From an uncultured delta proteobacterium (lineage in GTDB: Bacteria > Desulfobacterota > Desulfomonilia > UBA1062): a DNA stretch of 64,000 bases. The notes beneath the pieces were generated by a model that did not search any database, was not told the origin of the DNA, and saw only the letters and a list, made by a program, of their open reading frames with translations. Each line of letters opens with the position of its first letter. The stretch's first letter is position 1. Positions 9,737 through 19,210 of this stretch are shown one piece after another. A program made the position numbers and the translations under genes. The stretch is from contig CAWAUM010000003.1 of NCBI GenBank assembly GCA_963785235.1, positions 416,001-480,000 on the forward strand, read 5' to 3'.

Positions 9737-11013
9737 ATGATGCAGCATCTTCTCCTGGGAATACGTACTCGCATGATCCTTATCATGGGTATGAGCGCAC
9801 TATTCTCTCTCCTACTCGGGATCACGGGATGCAGCCAAGGAGGGGGTGGGCCTGCCGTATTTAAAGCTGAAGGTACTTATAAAACCGGATTTTTCGTTGA
9901 TAGCCCGGTACAAGGTCTTCAGTACCGATCTATTACCTGGTCAGGCACAACGGATTCACAAGGGAGTTTTAAATATCATGATGGAGAACAAATAACCTTT
10001 TTCATCGGTGGTGTCGTCCTTGGCAGCACACAGGCCAAAGGCATTATCACCCCGGACGATCTATACAGCTCTTCTCAACCAAACTTCAGCACAGAAGCCA
10101 TTAATATAAGCCGGTTTCTTCTGTCCCTTGATGAAGACCTCAATCCTGATAACGGCATCTTAATTCCCCAGAGTGTCACTGATGCCCTGAAGGACATCGA
10201 AGTGGATTTTTCAAACCCTGATCTAGACAATGATGCTGGTGTACAAGAGATGTTCGAAATATTAAATGGCAGCGGAATCTACCCCGAAGAAGAAACCCGA
10301 GGCCTTGTATCTTCCGAGGATGCGCAAATCCATCTGGAAAATACCGTAAACCAGATTGCACAAGCGGAAGCAGAGGCGGAAGATGCGCTTTCAAACTTAG
10401 AACTCCACGCATCCATAGATTTACTATATTCAAGCATCATAATGGTTGAAGGCCAGTCATTAAACCTGCAGGGTTCAGTCTATGGCGGTAAGGCTCCATA
10501 CACCTATTCCTGGCAAATCAATGATAAACCGTTCTCCACAAAGCAGAGTCCTGGTAATTATCCCTTCAAGACACAAGGTTCATATACCCTCACCTTTACA
10601 TCATCCGACAGCACCGGCGATAAAAAGACGGATGTGCGCCACATTACCGTTTTAGGACCAGAGACCCAGGAAGGCCCAATCGATAGTGATCCATCCCCAC
10701 TGCCTCGATCATCTCACCCTCTGGAGGGACAACAATTAAAGCAGGGAGCACCGTGGATTTCCAGGCAATGATTTATAACGGAAATGTTCCGTTATATTAT
10801 GGATGGCTTCTGGGGGCTGTTCCGGGAAATTCCTATAATCCCAGAATGAGTCAGAAGTTCATACATTTCAACCTCGAACCTATATGATAACACAGGGCAT
10901 AACCCTAAATGTCTCCAGGGACATATTCTATTACTCTTGTAGTAAAGGATACTGCTCAAGGGGGTAAAACCCCTGATGATCATGCCGCGAGTGTATTGAT
11001 TACGGTTAAGTAG
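9737..11013 (+). CDS. Surface lipoprotein with PKD/Ig-like domains (indels after about 10695 truncate the ORF at 10771)
   Basis: Lipobox ITGC plus Gly linker; FVDSPVQGLQY..G.F.Y..GE.ITFFIG; GGKAPYTYSW..GSYTLTFT. A second Ig-like repeat continues in other frames (GTYSITLVVKD) to TAG 11013. Confidence 0.65.
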
Positions 11014-11085
11014 GCACACAGGTGATGCCTTCTTTAATTACCGGCTATCTTCACCGTCATGTTCAAATCGTAAAGAAAACTGATC

Positions 11086-11136
11086 TTGACAATGCCGCGA
11101 TTTATCCAGTATAAAACCTTATAGTTTAACTTTAAT
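11086..11136 (+). promoter_or_regulatory. sigma70-like promoter plus the same 19-bp operator, upstream of the first NMO/FabK gene
   Basis: TTGACA(11086)-18bp-TATAAA(11110), then CTTATAGT-TTA-ACTTTAAT at 11118-11136. Confidence 0.75.
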
Positions 11137-11208
11137 CTTTACAACTTACACGGAGCATTATCGAAAGGTAGTCCTCTTTATGAAAAACAAATCTTAGGGG
11201 AGTCACGC

Positions 11209-12348
11209 ATGAAAACACGCATAACTGAGCTCTTCGGCATCAAGCATCCCATTGTCCTTTCAGGCATGAGCTGGATCAGCGTACCGAAGATGGTTGCGGC
11301 CGTATCCAATGCAGGCGGCCTGGGTATTCTTGCCACCGGCCCGTTCGATGCCGAACAGACAAGAGCTGCCATCAAGGAAATCAAATCGCTTACCAACAAG
11401 CCCTTCGGCACCAATACCACCCTTCTCTTTCCCGGTGCGGCTGATAATGCACGGGTGGCACTTGAAGAAAAGGTTCCTGTCATCAACTTCTCCCTGGGCA
11501 AAGGCGACTGGATCGTGAAGGCCGCGCATCAATATGGCGGCAAAGTCGTTGCAACGGTAGTCAACCATAAGCATGCAAAACGCGCCCAGGACTATGGGTG
11601 TGATGCGCTGCTCGTTACCGGCCATGAAGCCGCAGCCCATGGCGGAGATGCCACCACCTTCTGCCTCGTTCCGAGTATAGCGAATGCAGTCACCATTCCC
11701 ATCATAGCAGCAGGTGGTATTGCAGACGGAAGAGGACTCGCTGCAGCCATTGCGCTGGGCGCAGATGCCGCTGCCATGGGGACCAGGCTTATGACAACCA
11801 AAGAAAGCCCTCTCCATGATAATTATAAACAGCTCTCCATCCAGAAAGAAGTTTATGATACACTGTATTCCACCCGTTTTGACGGCCTTGGCTGCAGGGT
11901 GCTTGATACCAAGGCAGCCAGAAATGCCGTCCGTCAGGGGCTGAACATCAGAAAACTCATTGAGGCCCTTCCCAATTCAGTCGGCATTGCCAATCAGCTC
12001 CACCTTCCCTACTTCAAGCTCTTTCTGGGTGTCATGGCCTCAGGATGGAAGAACGCCAGACAGCTGGCCTTCATGGCAAATGCCTTCAAGGCGATTCGCA
12101 TTGCCACCGAGGATGGCGACATTCAAAAGGGCGTGCTTCCCGTAGGTCAGGTAACCGGCTTGATGAGAGATATCCCGACAGTTGCAGAGGCCATCGAGCG
12201 TACAGTGAAAGAGGCAGAAGAGATAGCCATGAATCTCGCAAAGATGGCAAATGGTTCTGTAGAGTTCTTAGCAGCTGATGCCCCAAAGGCTAAGCGTACA
12301 AAAACTCCCAGGAAGACTGCATCAAAGAAGAAGACCAGCGAGATTTAA
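11209..12348 (+). CDS. Nitronate monooxygenase / FabK-like FMN-dependent enoyl-thioester reductase
   Basis: TRITELFGIKHPIV, AVSNAGGLG, GHEAAAHGG, IAAGGIADGRG, MGTR and GQVTG motifs. Confidence 0.88.
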   Translation: MKTRITELFGIKHPIVLSGMSWISVPKMVAAVSNAGGLGILATGPFDAEQTRAAIKEIKSLTNKPFGTNTTLLFPGAADNARVALEEKVPVINFSLGKGDWIVKAAHQYGGKVVATVVNHKHAKRAQDYGCDALLVTGHEAAAHGGDATTFCLVPSIANAVTIPIIAAGGIADGRGLAAAIALGADAAAMGTRLMTTKESPLHDNYKQLSIQKEVYDTLYSTRFDGLGCRVLDTKAARNAVRQGLNIRKLIEALPNSVGIANQLHLPYFKLFLGVMASGWKNARQLAFMANAFKAIRIATEDGDIQKGVLPVGQVTGLMRDIPTVAEAIERTVKEAEEIAMNLAKMANGSVEFLAADAPKAKRTKTPRKTASKKKTSEI

Positions 12349-12367
12349 TTACCTTTAGAAAACTAAT

Positions 12368-12415
12368 GAGCGGTCATGCCCTCCGTATCCGGATAGGGCA
12401 TGACCGCTTTCTTTT
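12368..12415. terminator. Terminator hairpin between the convergent NMO genes
   Basis: AGCGGTCATGCCCT...AGGGCATGACCGCT followed by TTCTTTT. Confidence 0.85.
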
Positions 12416-12423
12416 CTGGAATA

Positions 12424-13413
12424 TTACTGGATGAGGCTTGATGTCTTCTTGAGGCAGGCAATTGCATCATCGTGCATCTTCTTGAGCAGTTCCTTACAGG
12501 TGATAATATCCCTGATATGTCCGATGGACTGCCCTACCATCATAGGTGCGTCTTCAACGTCCCCGGTCTCCCAGGCCTTTTTGATGCGCTGCCCGGCGAT
12601 AAGAGGTATCAGCGCCTCGATCCCTTTTCCCGCAGCTTCAGCGGCAAGCACCTCGGATATGATCCTGTTCTTCAAGGCCCTGCCCTGAAGGCCGATGGTC
12701 TTGCACATAATAGTGGTCTCGTATTCCTGTCGCTTGATGAGCTCCTGCTTGATATTCTCATGAACATCGCATTCTTTTGTGGCAATAAACCTGCTCGCCA
12801 TCATGACGCCTTGCGCCCCAAGGGTTAGTGCTGCAGCAAGGGATCTGCCATCAGCAATGCCTCCCACGGTAACAACAGGGATTTTAATAGAATCAGCAAT
12901 CCTCGGGGTGAGAACCATGGTGGTAACATCATCTCCGAGCGGGTGTCCACCCTCTTCAAACCCTGCGGCATACACACCATCGTATCCGGCCTTTTCGGCA
13001 TGCACCGCATGCCTCACAGAGCCCAGCTTATGGAACAGTTTCACACCGGCATTCTTCAGCTCTTCAAAGGCCTTTTTGCCCAGCGCCTTGTCAAGAGGTG
13101 TACCCGAGACCTCAATCCCTGCAACTTTTTCTTCTGCGCACACCTTGGCATACATGGCATGATGTTCTGATGTAATGCGTACCGATGGGAGAATCGTGAT
13201 GCCCACCATGAATGGCTTGTCTGTAAGCTTCCTCACCTCTTTGATGGCAGCGCGGAACTGCTCTTCGGTTTCATAATTACCGGCCGTGAGATTTCCCATA
13301 CCCCCGGCATTGGAGATGGCTGCGCACAGATTTGGAGTGCAAAGCCACATCATGGCGCCGCAGATAACAGGGTACTCAATGTTGAACATGTCTGTAATGG
13401 CGGTCTTGATCAT
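12424..13413 (-). CDS. Nitronate monooxygenase / FabK-like FMN-dependent enzyme (second paralog)
   Basis: TAITDMFNIEYPVI, AISNAGGMG, GFEEGGHP, GGIADGRSL and MVGQSIG motifs. Confidence 0.88.
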   Translation of the reverse strand: MIKTAITDMFNIEYPVICGAMMWLCTPNLCAAISNAGGMGNLTAGNYETEEQFRAAIKEVRKLTDKPFMVGITILPSVRITSEHHAMYAKVCAEEKVAGIEVSGTPLDKALGKKAFEELKNAGVKLFHKLGSVRHAVHAEKAGYDGVYAAGFEEGGHPLGDDVTTMVLTPRIADSIKIPVVTVGGIADGRSLAAALTLGAQGVMMASRFIATKECDVHENIKQELIKRQEYETTIMCKTIGLQGRALKNRIISEVLAAEAAGKGIEALIPLIAGQRIKKAWETGDVEDAPMMVGQSIGHIRDIITCKELLKKMHDDAIACLKKTSSLIQ

Positions 13414-13437
13414 TTCTTCCCCCTAAGAAGATAGTAG

Positions 13438-13466
13438 GTTAAAGTTGTACTTTATGCTTTATACCA
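13438..13466 (-). promoter_or_regulatory. Extended -10 promoter plus third copy of the 19-bp operator
   Basis: Minus strand reads TGGTATAAA-G-CATAAAGT-ACA-ACTTTAAC (operator at 13438-13456). Confidence 0.65.
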
Positions 13467-13610
13467 AGTACACTGATCACCCTCCCCAGTCAATATATTT
13501 CTTGTTCTTCTGGAGGGGGAACATTCTTCTTATGAACCTCACTTTATGCATGAGCCACACAGAGGACATTGTCTTGCCACACCCATCCATCAGGGCAAGT
13601 AAAAAATTGA

Positions 13611-13661
13611 ACCATAAAAATCTATTGAGTTCCTCGGAGGAACTCAATAGATTTTTATGGT
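13611..13661. repeat. Perfect 51-bp palindrome (25-bp arms, 1-nt centre)
   Basis: ACCATAAAAATCTATTGAGTTCCTC-G-GAGGAACTCAATAGATTTTTATGGT. Confidence 0.97.
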
Positions 13662-13892
13662 CTAAAGTAAGGCTTCCGTATATCATAAATGATCCGTTCA
13701 ACCATGGATGGAGACACACAGGTGAAGTACGCGTGTCCCATAAACAAAACCCAAAGGGTAAGGTGAATAAATAAGGTATGCAAGCATGTGATGAACTATC
13801 ATACCTGCGCCCGCAGTGAAAACAGCAGCATCTTGTTCTTTCATAAACCCTATGGTAGGTATAGCCCGCACATTCCATAGAGGAGGTACATC

Positions 13893-15098
13893 TTGAATTA
13901 CAGATTCCAGGCGAAAGATTATATCATCTTTTTATTAAGTTATGTCTTCTTCTTTCTTTATATAACTGATGCCCGGGCACTCCTTGTCATCCCTGTTGTT
14001 GCAGACATCCCTTCTTGGATTTATCTCATCATTGCGGTCGCACTCAACGCATGGGCACTGCCCTTACCGGGTATCCACCCCAGATTGCCCAAACCGTCTG
14101 AAATCGAGGCATTACCCTCTCCTGGTGAGGCCCCTGCTTTGCCAGGTAAGCCTGCTGAACCAGTAATAAAGGCCCCGCCTAAACCAACACGGGAAGAAAA
14201 ACTCGGTAAAGGATTATCAAAGACCCACAAGGGATTCATTGACAGGATATCCGCCGTATTTAAAAAATCATCCACCATTGATGAAGGTTTGCTTGCCGAT
14301 TTGGAAGAGACCCTCGTGGGAACCGATATCGGGATGAAAACCGCCTATTCCCTTTTCGAGTCCATCAAGAAAAATGCCTCGTCTCTCGACGGTCCTGACT
14401 CAGCCTTAAACGCTATCCGAATCGAGGTCGAGTCCATCCTGAAAAAGTGTGAATCGCCCTTAGAAGTCCCTGAGGGTGTTAAACCTTATGTAATTATGGT
14501 GACCGGGGTAAACGGCTCAGGGAAAACAACTACCATTGCCAAGATCGCCTACCACCTTAAAAACATTGGTAAATCGGTAATAATAGCCTCAGGTGACACT
14601 TTCAGGGCTGCTGCCATTGAACAGCTTGAGCACTGGGCCAACAAGGTAGGAGCCGACTTTGTCAAGGCTCAGGAAGGTGCAGACCCTTCCGCCGTTGCCT
14701 TTGATGGGCTGCAGGCAGCCATTGCCAGGAACCATGACGTTCTCATTATCGATACGGCAGGAAGGCTCCATACCAAAGAAAACCTCATGGAGGAGTTAAA
14801 AAAGACAAAGAAGGTGCTCGGAAAAAAATTTGAAGGCGCCCCCAATGAGATCCTCCTTGTGCTGGATGCCACCATCGGCCAGAATGCCATAGAACAGACC
14901 AGGCAATTCAACAATGCCCTGGGCATTACCGGGATTGCACTCACAAAGCTTGACGGATCATCCAAAGGAGGGGTCATCGTAGGGATCGCCAACGAGTTCG
15001 AGATTCCCATCAGGTTCATCGGCATAGGCGAAGATATGGACGATCTCCAGCCGTTCTATGCGAAAGACTTTGTGAATGCCCTTTTCCTTGACAATTAA
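13893..15098 (+). CDS. ftsY: SRP receptor FtsY with hydrophobic N-terminus and Pro-rich linker
   Basis: GVNGSGKTTTIAK, DTFRAAA, DTAGR, TKLDGSSKGG and GIGE motifs; GGAGG RBS ahead of the TTG start. Confidence 0.96.
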   Translation: MNYRFQAKDYIIFLLSYVFFFLYITDARALLVIPVVADIPSWIYLIIAVALNAWALPLPGIHPRLPKPSEIEALPSPGEAPALPGKPAEPVIKAPPKPTREEKLGKGLSKTHKGFIDRISAVFKKSSTIDEGLLADLEETLVGTDIGMKTAYSLFESIKKNASSLDGPDSALNAIRIEVESILKKCESPLEVPEGVKPYVIMVTGVNGSGKTTTIAKIAYHLKNIGKSVIIASGDTFRAAAIEQLEHWANKVGADFVKAQEGADPSAVAFDGLQAAIARNHDVLIIDTAGRLHTKENLMEELKKTKKVLGKKFEGAPNEILLVLDATIGQNAIEQTRQFNNALGITGIALTKLDGSSKGGVIVGIANEFEIPIRFIGIGEDMDDLQPFYAKDFVNALFLDN

Positions 15099-15122
15099 AT
15101 AAAGACCCAAGATAGTTAGCTC

Positions 15123-16121
15123 ATGCTGAATATCAATAAGAAAAGGCTCCGGGTCATATTCGATGCCATGAAATCAAAAAGGATCATGGTTGTCGGCGAC
15201 CTCATGCTGGATGAATACATCTGGGGTAAGGTGGACCGCATCTCTCCGGAGGCCCCGGTTCCTGTTGTAGAGGTTCAAAGCGAGCTCTTCAAGCTCGGCG
15301 GCGCCGGCAACGTTGCGAACAATCTCCTGAGCCTCGGGGCAAAGGTGATCATCAATGCAGTAAAAGGCAATGACCGCCATGGCGACATCCTGAAAAATAT
15401 CTTTGAAGACCTTAAAATACCAACAGATTCCATTTTCACCGACCAAAAGCGGTCATCTACGGTAAAAACCAGGATCATCGCCCATACCCAGCAGATTGCA
15501 AGGATCGACAAAGAGGATACATCCCTGATCTCGGAAGCATTGCTGAAAAAACTCGTCTCGTCATTCCGGGATTGCCTGAGCAATATCGATGCACTCATTA
15601 TTTCCGACTACGGGAAAGGCGTGGTGAGCAAAAAACTTATAAATCAGATTGTTCCCCTTGCCCGCCAGAACAGCATCCCCATATGCGTAGACCCCAAGGA
15701 AAGAAATTTTCCGCATTACAAGAACGTAAGCGTCATCACACCTAACATCAAGGAACTGAGCTTTGGTGCAGGGATAAAGATAGAGAATTACGAACACATC
15801 ATCCAGGCTGCCCGGAAGGTTAAGGCCATGCTCGGCTGCGATATGGTTCTGGTGACTCGAGGGGAACATGGGATGAGCCTCTTTACCAAAGACAACACAA
15901 CCACTGACATACCTACCACGGCAAAGGCAGTCTATGATGTAACCGGTGCAGGCGACACGGTTATTGCGTGCTTCACCCTGGCATTGGCTTCAGGGGCAAC
16001 CCCGAAAGAAGCCGCCATCATAGCCAACATCGCAGCAGGGCTTGTAGTTGCAGAGGTCGGGGCGGCAAGCGTGCTATGGGAAAAGCTCTACAAGGTATGC
16101 ATGGAGGAGATAGGTGGGTAA
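15123..16121 (+). CDS. rfaE1: D-glycero-beta-D-manno-heptose-7-phosphate kinase (RfaE domain I)
   Basis: GDLMLDEYIWGKVDRISPEAPVPV, GGAGNVA, SDYGKG and DVTGAGDT motifs. Confidence 0.93.
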   Translation: MLNINKKRLRVIFDAMKSKRIMVVGDLMLDEYIWGKVDRISPEAPVPVVEVQSELFKLGGAGNVANNLLSLGAKVIINAVKGNDRHGDILKNIFEDLKIPTDSIFTDQKRSSTVKTRIIAHTQQIARIDKEDTSLISEALLKKLVSSFRDCLSNIDALIISDYGKGVVSKKLINQIVPLARQNSIPICVDPKERNFPHYKNVSVITPNIKELSFGAGIKIENYEHIIQAARKVKAMLGCDMVLVTRGEHGMSLFTKDNTTTDIPTTAKAVYDVTGAGDTVIACFTLALASGATPKEAAIIANIAAGLVVAEVGAASVLWEKLYKVCMEEIGG

Positions 16122-16647
16122 GGTGTCTTATCCCGATAAGGTTATGCTCTTTTGCAGCATGATCTATAACGAGAAGGCGCCTGTGGATCAAGCAGTTTCA
16201 ATGCTCATTGAAAAGTTCGGACAGCCTTACATTACTACTGACTCAACAGCTTTTAACTACACGGACTACTACTGCCGTGAGATGGGATCTCCACTCTATC
16301 GGCTTATCCTCGTATTCTCGGAGCCCGTAGAAAGGGACTCCATGCCTGAGATAAAAACTGAAGCGAATACCATTGAAAACCATTTTCTCGAACAGGGGAA
16401 AAGAAGAATCAATATCGACCCGGGGCTTATCACTCTGGAGAATATTTGCCTTGCCACAACCAAACCCTACACCCATCGTATCTATCTGAGTAAGGGCATA
16501 TGGATTGAGATCACCCTCATTTACAAGGGAGATTCTTATCAGAAACTGGAATGGACCTACCCCGACTATGGTTCGAATGAGCTCATAGAATTCTTCAACG
16601 GTGTTAGGGAACAATACAAGAGGAGGCTAAGATGCCATCAAGCATGA
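16114..16647 (+). CDS. DUF4416 family protein
   Basis: YY..EMG..L.R, RRINIDPG, ATTK..HRIYL..GI and WTYPDY motifs; usual position upstream of yicC. Confidence 0.8.
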   Translation: MGKVSYPDKVMLFCSMIYNEKAPVDQAVSMLIEKFGQPYITTDSTAFNYTDYYCREMGSPLYRLILVFSEPVERDSMPEIKTEANTIENHFLEQGKRRINIDPGLITLENICLATTKPYTHRIYLSKGIWIEITLIYKGDSYQKLEWTYPDYGSNELIEFFNGVREQYKRRLRCHQA

Positions 16648-17495
16648 CCGGGTTCGGCCAGGCAGATGTCCATGGTTATCATGTGGAGATCAAGGGGGTC
16701 AACCACCGGTACAAAGACATAAGGGTGAAGATGCCCCGCGATTTATCAGCCTTTGAAATCCTTGTGCGGGACATGATTTCCGAGCATGTAAGCAGGGGAA
16801 AGGTCGATGTGACTCTCACCAGGGACACAGCATCGGGTGCGCAGGAGAAGATGGCCATAAACTGGGAACTTGCAAAGGTCTACTTTGAAGACCTTTCCTC
16901 CATGGCAAAAATCTTCGGAGGTGAAGTGACCTTCCGCGATATCCTCCTCATACCTGGTGTCTTCGGCGAAGCCTCGCCTCAGATGGAAGATCAGTTGCCA
17001 AAAGTCCAGCAGGCAGTACAGCAAGCAATTGAAGTTTTCTTGAGGGCACGGCAGAACGAGGGAACGACCTTAACAAAAGATATTCACACACGGGTTGCCA
17101 ATCTGCTTAGCCTGGCCGCGAGCATGAAAGATCTTGCATCGGATATTACAAACGTATATAGAGATAGGCTGCATGCCAATCTAACGGTGCTTCTCTCAGA
17201 CAAGTCAAGTATGATTGATGCGGTACGTCTGGAGCAGGAAGTGGCGTTGCTGGCTGATAAATGCGATATCACCGAAGAACTGGTAAGACTGAACAGCCAT
17301 ATCCGTGTACTTGAGGAGACAATAGTAAATCAGACAGGACCTATTGGCAGACAAACCGATTTCATCCTTCAGGAAATCAACCGCGAGATAAACACCATCG
17401 GGTCCAAAAGTCAGATTAACGCTCTAAGCCGTATCGTTATTGATGCAAAGACCGAAATGGAAAAAGTCAGAGAGCAGATCCAGAATATTGAATAG
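16632..17495 (+). CDS. yicC: YicC/YloC family endoribonuclease
   Basis: SMTGFG, EIKGVNHR, DITEELVRL, QEINREINTIGSK and REQIQNIE motifs. Confidence 0.93.
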   Translation: MPSSMTGFGQADVHGYHVEIKGVNHRYKDIRVKMPRDLSAFEILVRDMISEHVSRGKVDVTLTRDTASGAQEKMAINWELAKVYFEDLSSMAKIFGGEVTFRDILLIPGVFGEASPQMEDQLPKVQQAVQQAIEVFLRARQNEGTTLTKDIHTRVANLLSLAASMKDLASDITNVYRDRLHANLTVLLSDKSSMIDAVRLEQEVALLADKCDITEELVRLNSHIRVLEETIVNQTGPIGRQTDFILQEINREINTIGSKSQINALSRIVIDAKTEMEKVREQIQNIE

Positions 17496-17522
17496 CTACT
17501 TTGTAGGAAAAGGAGAGTGAGC

Positions 17523-17807
17523 ATGGGCAAGCTTGACACCAGACTGCTTAATATCGGCTTCAACAATGGGGTCGTAGCATCGAGAATCATAGCCATCGTT
17601 AATCCGTCATCATCCCCAATGAAGCGCCTCAGAGAGGAAGCCAGGGAAAGAGGTCAACTTATCGACGCGACCCAGGGAAGAAAGACAAGGTCCATCATCA
17701 TTACCGATAGTTCGCATATTATTTTAAGCGCCATCCAGGCGGAAACTATTTCAAACCGCCTGTCCGACGGCAGCGGCTCGAAAGAGAATATGGCACTGAA
17801 GGAGTAG
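17523..17807 (+). CDS. remA: RemA/DUF370 family regulator
   Basis: LLNIGFNN.V...[36 protein letters not shown]. Confidence 0.9.
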   Translation: MGKLDTRLLNIGFNNGVVASRIIAIVNPSSSPMKRLREEARERGQLIDATQGRKTRSIIITDSSHIILSAIQAETISNRLSDGSGSKENMALKE

Positions 17808-18406
17808 TGGTGAGAATCTTCATCTCCGGTCCTTCCGGCGTTGGAAAATCAACTATTATCAAAGAAATACTCGAGAAGAACCCTGGTATAGCACTTTCAG
17901 TTTCCTATACGACCCGTCCCCCAAGGACGCTCGAGAAAGACGGTGTTGACTATTTCTTTATCTCAAAGGAATCATTTGAAAAGATGATTCTTTCGGAGAC
18001 ATTCCTTGAATGGGCCCGCGTGCATGACCAATTCTACGGCACATCCTTAGAATGGATCCAATCCAAAGAACAAGAGGGGTTCCATATCCTGTTTGATATA
18101 GATGTCCAAGGCGTTATTCAAGCAAAAGAAAAGGCATCACCAGGATGCTTCATATTCATTATCCCTCCCGACATGGAGGAACTTGCCAGACGCCTGCGCG
18201 GCCGGGGCACGGAAGATCCTGGGGCAGTAAAACTCAGGCTTGAAAATGCAAGAAAAGAACTTTCCTATTGGGACATGTATGACTATCTTGTGGTGAATGA
18301 CACCATTGACAAGACAGTTGAGGACATCAACTCCATAGTGAATGCATATAAATCCTCAAAAGAGGTTGTAATCGGAGAACTGCCATGGATCAAAACAATC
18401 GTATAA
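17807..18406 (+). CDS. gmk: Guanylate kinase
   Basis: SGPSGVGKST, SYTTRPPR, DGVDYFF, YGT and DIDVQG motifs. Confidence 0.96.
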   Translation: MVRIFISGPSGVGKSTIIKEILEKNPGIALSVSYTTRPPRTLEKDGVDYFFISKESFEKMILSETFLEWARVHDQFYGTSLEWIQSKEQEGFHILFDIDVQGVIQAKEKASPGCFIFIIPPDMEELARRLRGRGTEDPGAVKLRLENARKELSYWDMYDYLVVNDTIDKTVEDINSIVNAYKSSKEVVIGELPWIKTIV

Positions 18407-19101
18407 TTTTCGCCCTAGATGTGGACACTATGGACCTGGCCCAGCAATGGGTGGGCACCCTGAAAGGGCATGTGGGCTGGTTCAAGGTGGGACTCGAGCT
18501 TTTTACAGCTGTTGGACCCGATGTGGTGAAGCTGGTGAAAGATAATGACATCAAGTGCTTCCTCGACCTCAAGCTCCATGACATACCGAACACCGTTGCC
18601 GGGGCGGTCAAGTCGGCAGTAAGAACCGGTGCAGACATGATGACGATCCATCTCTCGGGCGGCAGGGCCATGATCAATGCGGCCATCAAGGCAGCACAGG
18701 AAGAGTCCCAGGCCCTTGGTATCGAAAGGCCAAGGATCGTGGGGGTAAGTGTCCTCACCTCATTGGGCAAGGAAGATCTCAACGAGATGGGCATAGACAA
18801 GACACCGTCCGAGCAGGTTGCACACCTGGCACAGTTTGCCGCTTCATGCGGGGCCGATGGCCTCGTCTGCTCTGCAGAGGATCTCGTGCAGATCCGTTCG
18901 AAGGTTCCCAAAACCCTCATACTCATCACACCCGGGATCAGGCCGAGCTGGTCGCAGAAAGGGGACCAGAAGCGCATTGCCACGCCACAGATTGCAATAC
19001 AATCAGGGGCGAATCTCCTGGTGATCGGCAGGCCCATCAGTGATGCCCCGGACCCTGTCCAGGCTGTGCATTTGATCGCTCAGGAGATGGAATCTGATTA
19101 G
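18385..19101 (+). CDS. pyrF: Orotidine-5'-phosphate decarboxylase
   Basis: ALDV, KVGLEL, FLDLKLHDIPNTV, TPGIR, DQKR and VIGRPI motifs. Confidence 0.97.
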   Translation: MDQNNRIIFALDVDTMDLAQQWVGTLKGHVGWFKVGLELFTAVGPDVVKLVKDNDIKCFLDLKLHDIPNTVAGAVKSAVRTGADMMTIHLSGGRAMINAAIKAAQEESQALGIERPRIVGVSVLTSLGKEDLNEMGIDKTPSEQVAHLAQFAASCGADGLVCSAEDLVQIRSKVPKTLILITPGIRPSWSQKGDQKRIATPQIAIQSGANLLVIGRPISDAPDPVQAVHLIAQEMESD

Positions 19102-19210
19102 GAAAATAATGTATCTCAAGGATCATCTCATTAATTAAATAGAGGGCATTTACACTCGCGCTGTTGATGTCGTATTGACCTCCCGAGCGTTCTCCCCTAT
19201 CCTACCGGCC

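Noticed and set aside
13445-13878. Overlapping ORFs on both strands sharing the peptide HKNLLSSSEELNRFLW
   Set aside because: The shared peptide is only a consequence of the DNA palindrome; neither ORF looks protein-like.
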